A DNA stretch of 64,000 nt from the human T2T-CHM13v2.0 reference genome, Homo sapiens: assembly GCF_009914755.1 (NCBI RefSeq), contig NC_060941.1; one strand, given 5' to 3'. Position 1 is the stretch's first letter. Every line of letters begins with the position of its first letter. The notes beneath the pieces are model-generated. The model made no database searches and was not told the origin of the DNA. It worked only from the letters and a program-made list of their open reading frames with translations. The position numbers and the translations under genes are program-made. This document shows positions 41,214 to 55,432 of this stretch, piece by piece.

Positions 41214-42240
41214 AAAATCTAATGGAATTTTCCCTGGTAGATTTCAGACTTTCCTGATACACGTAACCCCAGTTTTCCTTCCAATTTCTCCCTTTGGTGA
41301 TGGCAATAGCTATCCTATGTCTTTCCCAGCATTGTGTTTTAGAAAACAGATTACTTTTTGTCTGGTTTCACAGATTCACAGATTGAGAGGAATTTTGCCC
41401 CAGGATTAATCATATCTCTAGTTTCACCCATAACACTTATTTAATAAGATTTGTTTCAATATTATTAAGAAAATGTTCATGCTGAAGCAGTTTGCCATGG
41501 AAATGAAAAAAATTTTTAAAGAATGATTTAGAAAATATTTATAATGATGTATCTTGAAAAAATGTCAAAATAGCAAAAATATTTAGATTTCTTAAAAGAT
41601 TTTTTAAAAGTCCTTGAAAAAGGTAGAAGTCAAGAAAATTTCTCAATACAGGCATTGCTTTCAAATGAGTAAATGTTATCAATATGACAAATGGAAGCCA
41701 GTTAACATATCCTCTGAGTAGTTCTTCTAAATCATTTTTAGTTATATACAATTATTTTGTGTTTTCACAAGGACTCCAAGGTAATGAAGTCTTCTGTAAC
41801 CTGGGATTCCCTAACTGCCACAGATGACAACTTTTACACAATGTTAACAGATGCTTCACAAATGAGAGGGAGAGAGAGAGAAAAAGAGGATTTTTTTTTT
41901 TTTCTGAATTAAGTAAGGAACATAGTGTAGTCTTTTCATTCACTGGGAAACTGGTGCTAAGAAAACATCCTTTTTTGTGCTCCAGTATAAACTTTATGCC
42001 AACTGTGGATTCATAAATTCAATTCTTTTTATCAATGACTTTCCCTGTGGTATGCAGCTATTGGTACTGAAAGTTGAATATAATTTTGTGAGTGTGGATC
42101 TGTTGAAAGCCGCAGATGGAGTGAAATTGTTCAACACTATTCTCTGTATCATTCAAGAATCTTGGACCTACCAGCAGGGAGTCATAATAAAAGGATCATT
42201 AAAAGTTGCATAAAGAGATGTGGGACCATTGATATGCCTC

Positions 42241-42821
42241 TGATGACTGGAGGAACACCAGGGTCCTTTGCCTCACTCGTGCCAATTTAGATAAAAGGAC
42301 ACAGACACACGTGGAGTGGCTTTAAGGAGACAAGAGTTTAATAGGCAAGAAAGAAGAAAGAAGCTCCCCCATAGACAAACAAACAGAGGGGGCCTCCAAA
42401 CCAAGATAGGAAACCCCAAGTGTGATGGGAAACAGTAGGTTATATTAGGAGGCCAGAGGAGTATTGGTTTGACCATATACGTCATTTACGTAGCCAGTGA
42501 AAAAACTGGCCCTCCCACCCTTGCCTTTTAATATGCAAATGCAGGGCGCCATGATGTCCTGCACACGTGAGGTTATCTGGGCATGACCATGATGGTTAGC
42601 ACACAGGGTGACAAGGAGAAGAGGGTGGAAATAGCCATATTGGATGGACCCAGTTTCTGACGGCCATTATTTGCATATCAAAGCTTGCCAGCCAGCCCCT
42701 TCAAGCCAATTTTCTGCTAGATAAAAAACTTTTCTGGAGCTGCTTTAAAAGAAAAAAACCTTACCAAGGACCTCTTATCCTCTCTATCTGCCTAAAATAA
42801 TTTCTAATAACTCCTATGATA
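42241..42821 (-). mobile_element. MER61-family ERV1 solo LTR
   Basis: Reverse complement starts TATCATAGGAGTTATTAGAAATTATTTTAGGCAGATAGAGAGG and ends ...CCAGTCATCA; contains the MER61 block catcatggcgccctgcatttgcatattaaaagg. Confidence 0.8.
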
Positions 42822-43216
42822 CCATGAAGAACAAGGGCAGTGGTAGGCCTTCTTTTTATCCTGGGTAATGAGAAGTGTTATATGGGAGGTGGAGAAGGGA
42901 AGCTACACTAGTGAACCAAGTCTTCTATAACTCTAAATATCATAGCTAGGAAAGTGCCAACCTTTGTGGCTGAAAGAAGCTGTCAGAGAGTGTTCCTATG
43001 ACTGCTATTGTTGAGGCTTTCTCTAGACACTAACAGGGATTTAACCAGTGTCAATTAGCCATTCCATAGACACAGCAGCTGCTGCAACAACCAATGCTTG
43101 TGAGATTGCCACTTTTAAGATAAATTAGTACCTGTGCATCAATCAGTAGACAAAAAAATTATAGAGATGTGTACGAGGATTTCTTCAATCTGAAGGGAGA
43201 ACAAGTAAAACACTCA

Positions 43217-43650
<434 letters not shown>

Positions 43651-43685
43651 AAGAAATAGCCTTAGGTGAGGTAAAAGAGGGTGGT

Positions 43686-46021
43686 TGATATGGTTTGGCT
43701 GTGTCCTCACCCAAACCTCAGCTTGAATTGTAGTTCCCATAATCCCCACATGTCATGGGAGGGACCTGGTGGGAGGTAATTGAATCATGGGGGTGGTTAC
43801 CCTCACGTTGTTCTCATGTTAGTGAGTGAATTCTCACAAGATCTGATGGTTTTATAAGGGGCTTTTATCCCTTTGCTCCGCACTTCTCTCTCCTGCCACC
43901 ATGTGAAGAAGGACATGTTTTTTCCCCTTCCACCATGATTGTAAAGTTTCTGAGGCCTCCCCAGCCCTGTGAAACAATAAGTCAGTTAAACCTCTTTCCT
44001 TTATGAATTACACAGTCCCGGGCAGTTCTTTATAGTAGCGTGAGAATGGACTAATGCAGTAAATTGGTACCACAGAGAGTGGGGTGCTGCTGTAAAGATA
44101 CCCAAAAATGTGGAAATGACTTTGGAACTGGGTAACAGGCAGAGGTTGGGACAGTTTGAAGGGCTCAGAAGAAGACAGGAAAACGTGGAAAAATTTGGAA
44201 TTTCCTAGAGACTTGAAGGGCTCAGAAGACAGGAAGATGTGGGAAATGTTAGAACTTCCTAGAGACTTGTTAACTGGCTTTGTCCAAAATGTGGATAGTC
44301 ATATGGACAATGAAGTCCAGGCTAAGGTGGTCCCAGATGGAGATTAGGAACTTATTGGGAACTGGAGTAAAGGTGACTCTTGCTTGGCAAAGAGACTGGT
44401 GGATTTTTGCTCCTGCCCTAGAGATCTGTGGAACTTTAAACTAGAGAAAGATGATATGATGATTTAGGGCATCTGGTGAGAGAAATTTCTAAGAAGCAAA
44501 ACATTCAAGATGAAAGATAACATCAAAGTTTGGAAAATTTGCAGCCTGACAATGTGATAGAAAAGAAAATCCCATTATCTTAGGAGAAATTAAAGCCAGC
44601 TGCAGAAATTTGCATAAGTAATGAGAAGCCAAATGTCAATCACCAAGACAATAGGGAAAATGTCTCCAGGGCATGTCAGAGACTTTCATGGCAGCCCCTC
44701 CCATCACAGGCCCAGGGTCCTAAGAGGGAAAAATGGTGTCCTGGGTGGAGCCCAAGTCTCCCCTGATCTACACAGCCTCAGGACATGGTTCCCTGTATCC
44801 CAGCTGCTTCAGCTCCAGCTATAACTAAAAGGTACAGTTCAGGCTGTTGCATTAGAAGGTGTAAGCCCCAAGCCTTGGCAGCTTCCATGTGGCACAGGTT
44901 CTGTGGGTGTGTAGATGACAAGAATTGAGGCTTGGGAACCTCCATGTAGATTTTAGAGGATGAATGGAAATGCCTAGACATCTGCTGTGCAGGGGCAGAG
45001 CCCTCATGGAAAACCTCTGCTAGGGCAGTGCAGAAGGAAAATGTGGGGACAGAGCCCCACACAGAGTCCCCATTTGAACACTGCCTAGTGGAGCTGTGAG
45101 AAGAAGGCAACCATCCTCCAGACCCCAGAATGGTAAATCCACTTACAGCCTGCACCATGCACATGGAAAAGCCACATGCACTCAATTCCAGCCACGAAAA
45201 CAGCTAGGAGCAGGGGTTGTACCATGGAAAGCCACAGAAGTGGAGCTGCTCGAGGCTGTGGGAGCCCACCATTTTCATCAGCATACCATGGATGTGAGAC
45301 ATGGAATCAAGCAAGATCATTTTGGCACTTTAAGATTTAATGACTGCCCTATTGGATTTAGGACTTGCATGAGGCCTGCAACCCCTTTATTCTGGACAAT
45401 TTCCCCCATTTGGGGCAGGTGTATTTATCCAATGTCTGTACCCTCATTGTATCTAGGAAGTAACTAACTTGGTTTGATTTTACAGGCTTATAGGTGGAAG
45501 GGACTTGCCTTGTCTCAAATGAGACTTCGGACTGTGGACTTGTGAGTTAATGCTGAAAAGCGTTAAAACTTTGTAGGACTGTAGGAAGGACATGATTGTG
45601 TTTTGAAATGTGAAGACATAAAACTTGGGAGGGGCCAGGAGCAGAATGATATTGTTTGGCTGTGTCCCCACCCAAATTTCATCTTGAATTGCAGTTCCCA
45701 TAATCCCCACATGTCATGGGAGGGGCCTGGTGGGAGGTAATTGAATCATGAGCGCGATTACCCTAATGCTGTTCTTGTGATAGTGAGTGAGTTCTCACAA
45801 GATCTGGTGGTTTTATAAGAGGCGTTCCCCCTTTTGCTCAGGACTTCTCCTTCCTGCCGCCATGTGAAGAAGGATGTGTTTGCTTCCCTTTCCACCATGA
45901 TTGTAAGTTTCCTGAGGCCTCCCCAGACACACAGAACTGTGAGTCAATTAAACCTCTTTCCTTTATAAATTACCCAGTCCTGGGTCCATCTTTGTTAGCA
46001 GTGTGAGAATGGACTAATTCA
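43686..46021 (+). mobile_element. Complete THE1 (C/D) MaLR element: LTR 43686-44058, internal, LTR 45647-46021
   Basis: Two homologous approx. 375-bp LTRs (TGATAT(G/T)GTTTGGCTGTGTCC...GGACTAAT.CA); purine tract before the 3' LTR; 5-bp TSD GTGGT/GTGCT. Confidence 0.96.
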
Positions 46022-46080
46022 GTGCTCATTGCTGGAACAAATATTAATGGCCTGCAAAGAATACATCAATTTGCATAGTC

Positions 46081-46222
46081 AGGATGGAAAGAAGGCAGAA
46101 AGGCAAGCAAAAGTAAGAGAGAGAGCAAAAACGAAGGCAAAGAGGAAGGATTGAGGGAAGGAAGGGAGGGGGGAGGGAGAGTGGGGAAGGAAGGAAGGAA
46201 GAAAAATAAAGAATAAAAAAAA
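46081..46222 (+). repeat. GA-rich low-complexity / (GGAA)n tract
   Basis: Nearly pure purine run including ggaaggaaggaaggaag. Confidence 0.85.
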
Positions 46223-46259
46223 CTTTTAAGGCTTATTGATTGAGGTCATATGCAAATGA

Positions 46260-48970
46260 AAGTAATGCCAGGTAGAGAAAAAGAATCAGGGGCAATGCAT
46301 TTAAAAATCAAATAAAAATTTCCTAAGATTGAAACAAAAATTTTGATCTTAATTGATTAGACTTGAAATTTTAGACAGCATTGATGAGAAAAGATATATA
46401 CCTACAAATAACCTAGCAAAACTTTTGGACTACTAAAATAAAAGGAAATATTATGTATTTTCAAATAAAAGTATTTTTAAAATAAGAAAGACAAAATATT
46501 TGATTAAGATAAGAAATATCATACTAGAATTGAGAGGATGGTCAGATAACAACTATAAGTTGCTGAGGAAAAACTACTTCAAGCTAAGAATTGTATCCCT
46601 TGTCAAGGTATCACTCACCTACTACAGTAAAATAAATAGATATGGACCTGTCATTAGTAAATTAATGTATCACACAACTAAGAGGATAAAATTAAAGGGG
46701 TAAGGAAGGAGAGAGGGATGATTTACTTATTCCCAAACTTTAATCTTATACAGCATCCTTCCACAACTGATATTCTGAGAGATATTAAGCCTGCAAAAAT
46801 TATTTGAGTATTTTTTAAAAAATTATTCCAAGGATGAAAAATAGCTAATGTCATTCTAGATGGACATTCTAGTTAAGTTAATTCACTACATAAAATATAT
46901 TCATGGTTTATTTTCTCACTTGAGCCTTGATGAGGAGAAGTGGTAGAATAATAGAGTATCATAATATATAAAAACATCTGATAATTCAAAAGGAGGTAGG
47001 CATTATTGTAAGAGAAAAGTTAGTGGTAATTTTTAGTAGTTTAAAAATAACTTAATCACATAAACAAAAATAAGGAACGAACAACAAAAGAAACATAACT
47101 AATGAGAAACAAAAAGGAAGATATAAATGTCAAGTTTATCAGTTGTTCTACTGGATGTGAGTGATCTGAAATTCCTTACCAAAATATTGAGACTATCAGT
47201 GTTACACTAGGTATCTAGTCAGGTATTAGCAGAGCAGAATAGGGCTCTCCTCCAACACACCAAGAGTGTTGGGCAACCATCAGGTGTGATGGTCAGGCAG
47301 TTGTTAACTGCTTCTCTAATGTAATTGGTCACAGCCAGTGCCAGAAAAAGGCAGTCTCCTAATAGATAGAAAATACCTGAAATTGATCAGCAGCTTCCCA
47401 ATAAGATTTGAAGAGTGGGCAGAAGTAATGCAAGATCCTAGTAGTTTGCCAAAGTATAAAACCCCAAGTCAAGAGGTCAAGTTGTGCACTTGGTCTCTCA
47501 AGTCACCGGCTTAGCCCTCTTCCAAGTTGTACTTTCCTTCTTTGATTTCTTTCTTTTTCTCATTGTTCTAAAGCTTTTTAGTAAACTTTCACTCCTGCTC
47601 TGAAATTTGCCTCAGTCTCTTTTTCTGCTTTATGCTCCTCAGTGGAATTCTCTCTTCTGAGGAGGCAAGGATTGAAGTTGCTGCAGACCCGTATGGTTAT
47701 ACTGCTGGTAGCTCAGGGTAACTTGGATTCCTGCCACAGGTAACATCAGGAGTAAAAATAAAACAATTTAAAATAAAATGTTAGCAAATATAATAAAACA
47801 GTTTATAAAAATAATGCAAAAATCTTATATTCAAAAATATATCATTCATTATATTAAACTTCATAATGATAGTTATATGGGAGAATTATATTATCTTAAT
47901 AAATGGTGAAAGACATAATGAAATTCAAGTGTATGTTAATAAGGACTCTAAATACATTGGGAATTGAAGGAAATATCTTAAATATGAGTAAGACTATTTA
48001 CCAAAAATCAAGGAAAAGCATAACTTAAAGTCATTTCCAAAAATAATAACAAATTTGGGATGTCATTTACTTTGCTGTTATTCTATTTTATTTTAGAGCT
48101 TTTAGTAAATCCATTGAGTTAAACTTTATAAACTTTGGTAAATATTAAAATATCATTTTGCTAATGAAATTATTGTACAGAAAGGCTCTTGGTTAAAAAA
48201 TATAACAAATAAGGTAATTTGAAAAAGTAGTTAAAGAAAATACACAAAAATTAATAGATCTTATTTGTATGCCAATTATAAGTATCTTAAAATAACAAGA
48301 AAAGGACTGAGCTATACAGACAAAATGATAAAATTTTCTTGATGAATGGAAAACAACAGTCACCTATTCTTGGATAGTAAGGCTTAATAACATAAAAATA
48401 TAAATTTTCCCATAATTAATACATATATTTTATAAAATTTTAAATGTAATCTCAAGGGAATGTTTTGAAATGTAAAAAATAGTATTAAAACTCATATTTA
48501 AGACTGTGTATAAAATAGCCAAGGATATTATGAAAACAAAGACAAGGGGACTCTTAACAAATATACTAAAACTTTTAATAAACGGAATGGCACTAGAATA
48601 AGCATAGACAAATAAATCAGTGAAACAGAAGAGAGTAGCAAAAATAGGTCAATTTTATGGATTTTAATTTATGAGAATAGAAAGTACTAAAAGTCAATAG
48701 AGAAAATGATTCACTCAATAAATGGAGCTGATATCATTGGCTATCCAGCAGAAAGACAATAAAGTTGGATTCATATGATACCATCCGAAAAAAAATTAAG
48801 GTGGATTAAAAACATAAAAGCTAACACCCAAAAAAATACGAAAATTTAGTAGGCTCTAATTACAACTTAGGAAATGAGAGGACCTTTGTAATTAAAACAG
48901 TATGCTTAGAGAAATCATAGACAAAATCCATAAACAACAGACAATGGTATCAGAAAAGTATTTACCTCCC
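46260..48970 (+). mobile_element. Ancient L1ME/L1MC fragments (ORF1 end, ORF2 pieces)
   Basis: gctgaggaaaaactacttcaagctaagaattgtatccc (ORF1 C-term); cctattcttggatagtaaggcttaata and tcactcaataaatggagctg (ORF2); A-rich. Confidence 0.65.
47200..47745 (+). mobile_element. MER50-like ERV1 solo LTR
   Basis: TGTTAC...GTAACA inverted termini; perfect 4-bp TSD TCAG (47196-47199, 47746-47749); TATA-like gtataaaa and AGTAAA polyA-like signal. Confidence 0.85.
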
Positions 48971-48987
48971 ACATACAAAAAATTTAG

Positions 48988-49585
48988 TCATTCATTCCCA
49001 ACATATTCAACAAACATTGAGTTCATGCCTGTCACCAGGAGCTGCTCAAACTGACAAGAATAGAGCAGTAAATAACATTCACAAGTGCTGTGCTTTCCTG
49101 GGTTACATGACATTGGAGGTAGCAGACAATAAATAATTATGTAACATGTCAAGCAGTTATAATTGCCATAAAGAAAAATGATGTCAGTTAAAGGAATAGA
49201 GAAAGAAGAAGTGTGGTGGGGGTACTAATTTATATAGGAGAGTCAGGGAAACCCTCTGTATTAAGATGCCATGTGACCAGAGGTATGAGTGAAGTGAGGA
49301 TGCAAGCAGCCAAGACAATATCTGGGAAAAGAGTGGACCAGAACAGAAGCACAAAGTAGAGAAGCCCCAAGGTGGAGACAGCAAGAACGACAGCAGTGTT
49401 AGATTGGAGTGTGGGAGAAAACGCTAGAGAGGAAGATGGATAGAGACAAAGGACCACACCACACACAGCCCTACTAGACATGAAAAGGACGTTGATTGTT
49501 AACCGGCATGAGATCAAAAACCATGGAGAATTTTGAGCAGGAGAATTGCATTATCTGGCTTATTTTTCAAAAGGATTACTCTGGA
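48988..49585 (-). mobile_element. L2 3' region
   Basis: tcattcattc...tattcaacaaacattgag...ttttgagcaggagaattgcattatctggcttatttttcaaaaggattactctgg. Confidence 0.78.
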
Positions 49586-49747
49586 ATTTCTGGAATTTTT
49601 TCATAAAATTAGAACTACCAAAATTTATGGATATATGTAAGAGGAAATTTATTGCAGCACAAATGTTGGGGGGGGGGGGTGGATATTGAAACAAATGAAT
49701 GAGAATGATTAAACAAATTGTAGCCCAGCTTCACCATGGTATATTAT

Positions 49748-50022
<275 letters not shown>

Positions 50023-50443
50023 CACCATGGTATATTATACAACCACTGAAAAGAAGCAGTTACAGCAATACCAGTCTTCATGGATAAATGTTTAAAGGCA
50101 GAAGGTAAGACACTTAAAAGTAAAATAGTCCAATTTTTCTAAAAGGAGCAATGATGAACACCCCTCTATAGATAACTTGAATATGTTTTGTAGCATCAAA
50201 TATTTTATTATTCCGATTTTCTAAAATATGCATGTATATAAAAAAGGACATCAAAAGGATAATGGTGCCATCTTTGCATAATGAGATTTCAGGTGGCTTT
50301 TGTTGTCATCTTTCTATTTTACATATTATTTGGATTTATTGAGATAATTATTCATAATATGAATGATCAGAAAAAAATATAAACTTAATTTTTAAATTTA
50401 TTTCTAAAGACTCTTAAAAATGCCATAATAGGAAAACTATTAA

Positions 50444-50827
<384 letters not shown>

Positions 50828-52734
50828 TAGCAGAACACCTAAAAGCTTCTCTTGAAACAAACTAATGTTCCTTGGTAAAATATCATAGAACGTACTGTTC
50901 TAATAAGTCTATCAAAAAGGAATGATTAAACACATCCATGACGATGGTGCTTCTGGGAAGTACACATAGATTGGTGAAGTTCTGCTCCACGTTAATATGA
51001 AAGGCTCTGGGTTTTATTTTCCCCTGAATCAAAAGAAGGATACTGAATAAATTGCCAAAGGACATGAAAGTTTTAAAGTTTTATTCAAGGAGCACCCTGG
51101 CACAATTCACTGAAAGAGAGAGATGAATATCTAATAAACTCATGAAAAAATGTTCATGGCCACAGTTATCAAAGAAATGCAGATTAGAATAGGGTATAAT
51201 CGTTTGCCTTTAAGTTGGCTGATTTTTAAAGAATAATAGCTTTGAGGGTGCGTAGACTAGCATTCAAGTACGTTGCTGGTGAGAGTGTACATTGGTGCAA
51301 GCTGAAAGGTAAATAATTTGCATTAAAAAGCTCATATACCTACAAGCAGTGATTCTTCTTCTAAAAATATATCACAAGAAAATCAGAAACATGGACATAT
51401 TATTTTGTTACAATGATGTTCACTAAAGCATTATTTTTAAAGGAAATGATTATAGTGTATAATATGCCTGAAAATAAAAAATATTCATAAATACTTTTTA
51501 GTATTATGGAGAAATGTTCACAATACACAGTATGTTCTCAAAATATTTGCATACTCATATTAAAATATGCTAACTAATAAAGGAAGAAAATGTGCTAAAG
51601 TTAATAATGGCTATGTGATTACTCTGTATTGTAGGATTTTAGATAACTTCTATTCTACATGTAGTTCATCTTTTAAATCATTCTTGTTTACGAGTTTAGG
51701 AATAGGAAAGTTAAGTACTAGAGTAAAAAAATCTTTAAAAGCTGCAAGGAATGTTATGTTATTTGTAACATATCTTCAGTATTAAAAGAAATTATCAATT
51801 GTCTATCAGTAAAGACTAAAATCTGTTTGCTTCTTGTGTAGGATATTTACCTGAAAAGCAAACACTTTATATTAATCAAGAAAGAAATTGAAATATATTT
51901 TAGATAAATTTTAAAATAGCTTTATTTTGGATAGAGGAGAAATAAAATAATTTCTGCATTTTAGTAAAATAGTGTACACTCTGCTTCAGGAAGCAATGTA
52001 TACTTTGACCAACTAAATGCAAATGTCAACACAAATGCTGTACAGCATTCCAAGGAATCAAATAAGAGCCAGGAAGAGGGAAAAATCTATGTTAGGGTAG
52101 GAATCATAGCAAAATTTCTTCTGAGATTAAAAATACTAAAAATGTACAATCCACATTTTGCCATTAAGCAATACATTTCCTGATAACTAGAGAGACGCCA
52201 TCTAAAATCATGAATATGAGAAGATTAATGCTCTAAAATCCTATTATTTCATCACCATATAACATTGAACTCCATCAGGAAGTTAATTATCAGATTTCCT
52301 AACTATGAATAAAAAATAAATTAAAAACATCAATTTACAGTTCAGTGGAGGGATAGTATTAATTGAGAGAACATTCAAATGTGTAATTTTCAAATTTAAT
52401 AATTTTAAGAATGAAAACCTTTTGCTTTTTATAACGTGTTTAGTTAGTTTGTTTGTTTATAAGGAAGAGCATCTCCTGAAACTACTGTCTCCACAAGAAT
52501 AGGTTAACCTGATGTGTCAAGTTGAGATCATTGAACCCTGTGTAGAGCACTTCTGTTTCCCAAGAACTGCCTCCACACCAGAAGCCTCTCTTCAAATTCT
52601 AACAGGCATTTTTATTCATTTTACCAAAGGAACTACTGATAACAGATATCAGAAATACGGAGCTTCTTAAATAACAACTGAAAATTATAATTTGAGAAGA
52701 AACAACACCATCCTAATTAATTAGCTGTGTCCAC

Positions 52735-53330
52735 TTCATTCATTCATTCAACAATTACTGAGCATCTCTTATGAACTAAGACTATGTTAAGTGAAGTGTG
52801 TGCAACAGTAAGAAAGACTGATATGGTTTTAATATAATAAATGCCAAACTAGCGGACATACCAAGGGGTTATGGAAGTACATACTGTAGGCAACTAGGGA
52901 AGTTAAAGAATTCTCAGAAGAAGTGACATCAAAATTGAGAATTAAAATATACAATAATCAAGACCAGCCAAGCCAGCATGCTGAAACTCCGTCTCTACTA
53001 AAAATACAAAAAAATTAGCTGAGCATGGTGGTGGGAGCCTGTAATCCCAGCCACTCAGGAAGCTGAGACATGAGAATCAGCTGAACCTGGGAAGCGGAGG
53101 TTGCAGTGAGCTGATGTAGTGCCACTGCACTGCAGCATGGGTGACAGAATGAGACTCTGTCTCAAAAAAAAAAAAAAAAAATAGCAAGAAATTTTTGTTT
53201 TGCCTAAGCAGAGTTAGCCAGAGTATCTCCAAAATTGTATAAATAAGGTTTCTGGAAGAATTAATCTTGGAATAGGTGAGAGGTTCATTAGAGGAAGTCA
53301 GTGTGGTAGTTTTAGATATATATGAGTAGA
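52735..53330 (-). mobile_element. L2 relic interrupted by Alu
   Basis: ttcattcattcattcaacaattactgagcatctcttatg...ctatgttaagtg = antisense L2 3' end. Confidence 0.7.
52958..53181 (+). mobile_element. 5'-truncated AluS
   Basis: Begins mid left arm (tcaagaccagcc), then A-rich linker, right arm and poly-A. Confidence 0.93.
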
Positions 53331-55305
53331 AAATCATCCCTAAAATATCCTCTTAATGACAAGGATTCTTACAGGCTACCAATCATGTGACCAAGTCATA
53401 AAATTAAAAAATTAAAGCAGAATGGCACAAAAAATTAATTTAAAAAGCACAGTTAAATAGATTAGAATTAATGAAAAATGACAAAATTAACAGCAAAGAA
53501 AAAATAATAAAATATTTGGAATGTGATTTTAATAATTAGATGAATTATTTAAAAGGAAGCTAAACTGTGTTTTAATATTGTAATTAGAAGACAATAGATG
53601 AAATAAACAGGAAAAACAAAAAAGGATAATCTAGCAATAGCAAAAAGTTTTAAAAACTTAAAAAAGAATAAAAAGGTTTTCAAAGATATAAACCAGAGAT
53701 AAAAATCTAGAAGTAAAATAACGACAATAGAGTATAAGATGATGAATGGTGATAAAAGAAATATGTAGCAGGAATCAGAGTAAGAGTGGTATCAATTCTG
53801 GGGAGAAGCCAACCATTCTGGCAGGCCAATAAAATTTTGCTTAATAAATTTATGCAAATGTATGCCTTCGATGAAAAGATGTCTGGATGCTAAAAAATGT
53901 CCCCTAAATTTGTTTTCTTTTCTTCTTGACAAAAGCCTGGGGGGGCAGAGTTCCACAAAGGCTTTTTTCTCTCACCTTTCATTTGCAGCAACAGGACAGC
54001 TTGTAATTTGAGCACAACTTTCTGTACCTGTCAGTGAGGTTAAGGCTCTTGCAGAAGGATGCTGAAGAGTATCAGCAGAACCTAGCAAATTTGTAGCCCT
54101 CTGGCCTCGGGCATGTTCCACTGCCTACTTCATTTTGTAAGGGGGAAATATATTTAAACTCAAAGTATTGTTTTATTTGTTCAAATAAACAATGCACCCC
54201 CTCCTGAAGGAATCATATCTCTTTTCTAATGACAACTCAGTATTTATTAATATATCACTATGATTAGTTTCAGTCTTACTCTTATTTCAGTCCTTGCTGG
54301 GATATAAAATCTTGTATTCTTACAAGAACTGCTGCTTTGGCTGGACAGGATAACAAATATTGGTTTCACTGTTCCCCATGTTTCGGGCTTAATAAAATCC
54401 AAGTTCTCTATATTCAAGAAGATCCTTCTTAAAATCTATCATTATTTGGTGGTCTCTGCTGATTTGGAGTGATGGAGTAAATATCCAGCCTGTTCTTATT
54501 TGAATTACAATTGGAAGTGTAATGTGTCTACTAAGCATCACATATGCTTTGAAACTGGGAATGAATGGCTGACCGAGGAGCGTTATGCATATTGTATATG
54601 CACAGTATCACACAGTGAAGCTATGATTAAGAGAGGCAAGGAAAAGCCCAGACTCTCAAACGCATATGCCTGGGATAGAAGAAAATTCCTTCTGGGCAGT
54701 CTTTTCAAATTACAGCGTATGGGATGCTTGAGTTACCTTTTTTTCAGGTAAGAAAAAAAGATAATTTTTTTTAAAAAAGCACTGATTTTAACAACCTAAT
54801 TTTCCTGATTTTCTATTTTAGCAAAAAGTTCTACAGCAGGCATTGAAGAGGTAATTAAAGCCAAGATGTTCAGCAAATTAACTTCAATAGCATTGGAAGA
54901 GAAGATATAATGCTCTAGGGTATGTCGTGTTTAGTACAATATGCTTATATGATTTTGAGAAAAGAATTGAAAAATTAAGTGTAACAGATAGAGCATACTG
55001 TTCTGCATCACCTTGGCATTGTTAAAACCCTCGCCTGAAATTGTTACCTCCCCATGCAAATTAATAGTCCTTCAATCAACTTCAGGCATGCATGCCCTAG
55101 ATTGACCTAGGTCTTAACTGGGTTATATAGGATATATGCATTTATAATGAGATATAGTCCTTTTCCTAAAGGGAAGGTCTGGATGACCTTCATTTGTCTT
55201 TTTTTTTCAGTAAAAATATAAAATTTACCATTTTAACCACTTTTTAATGTACAGTTTAGTAATGTTAAGCATATTCACATTATTGTGAAACAAATCCCCA
55301 GAACT

Positions 55306-55432
55306 TGATGGTAGCAGTGGCCCGTCTGGAATAGCCACTGCGAAGATGCCAGCTGCATTGGTGAAGGTGAATCCGGGGCTGTGCACTCCATAGAGCCGGT
55401 GGGAGCCAGCAACAGGTGGGAAACCCACCCCT
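55306..55432 (+). mobile_element. MER52 LTR 5' fragment
   Basis: TGATGGTAGCAGTGGCCCGTCTGGAATAGCCACTGCGAAGATGCCAGCTGCA matches the MER52 start; GC-rich island ending abruptly. Confidence 0.75.

Larger units (their letters stand above)
38555..41440 (+). mobile_element. MLT1 (B/C-like) MaLR 5' LTR (approx. 38555-38989) plus internal region, interrupted by Alu and L1; 3' LTR not seen
   Basis: LTR motifs tatttggaaatagagtctttacaga...taagttaaaatgaggt...aataaatttctgttg; internal start caaatacctaaaatacgaaagtggctttggaattgggt; resumes at 41223. Confidence 0.8.

Noticed and set aside
41977-42213. Open frames in unique-looking DNA upstream of the MER61 LTR
   Set aside because: No recognisable protein similarity or convincing splice sites in the frames I read
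44155-44270. Approx. 60-bp tandem duplication in THE1-int giving a repeated peptide (KGSEEDRK.W..LE.PRDL)
   Set aside because: I recall this duplication as common among THE1C/D internal sequences, so it is not locus-specific; there is no long ORF
49668-49682. Poly-G run (possible G-quadruplex)
   Set aside because: Isolated mononucleotide run in repeat-derived context with no other support
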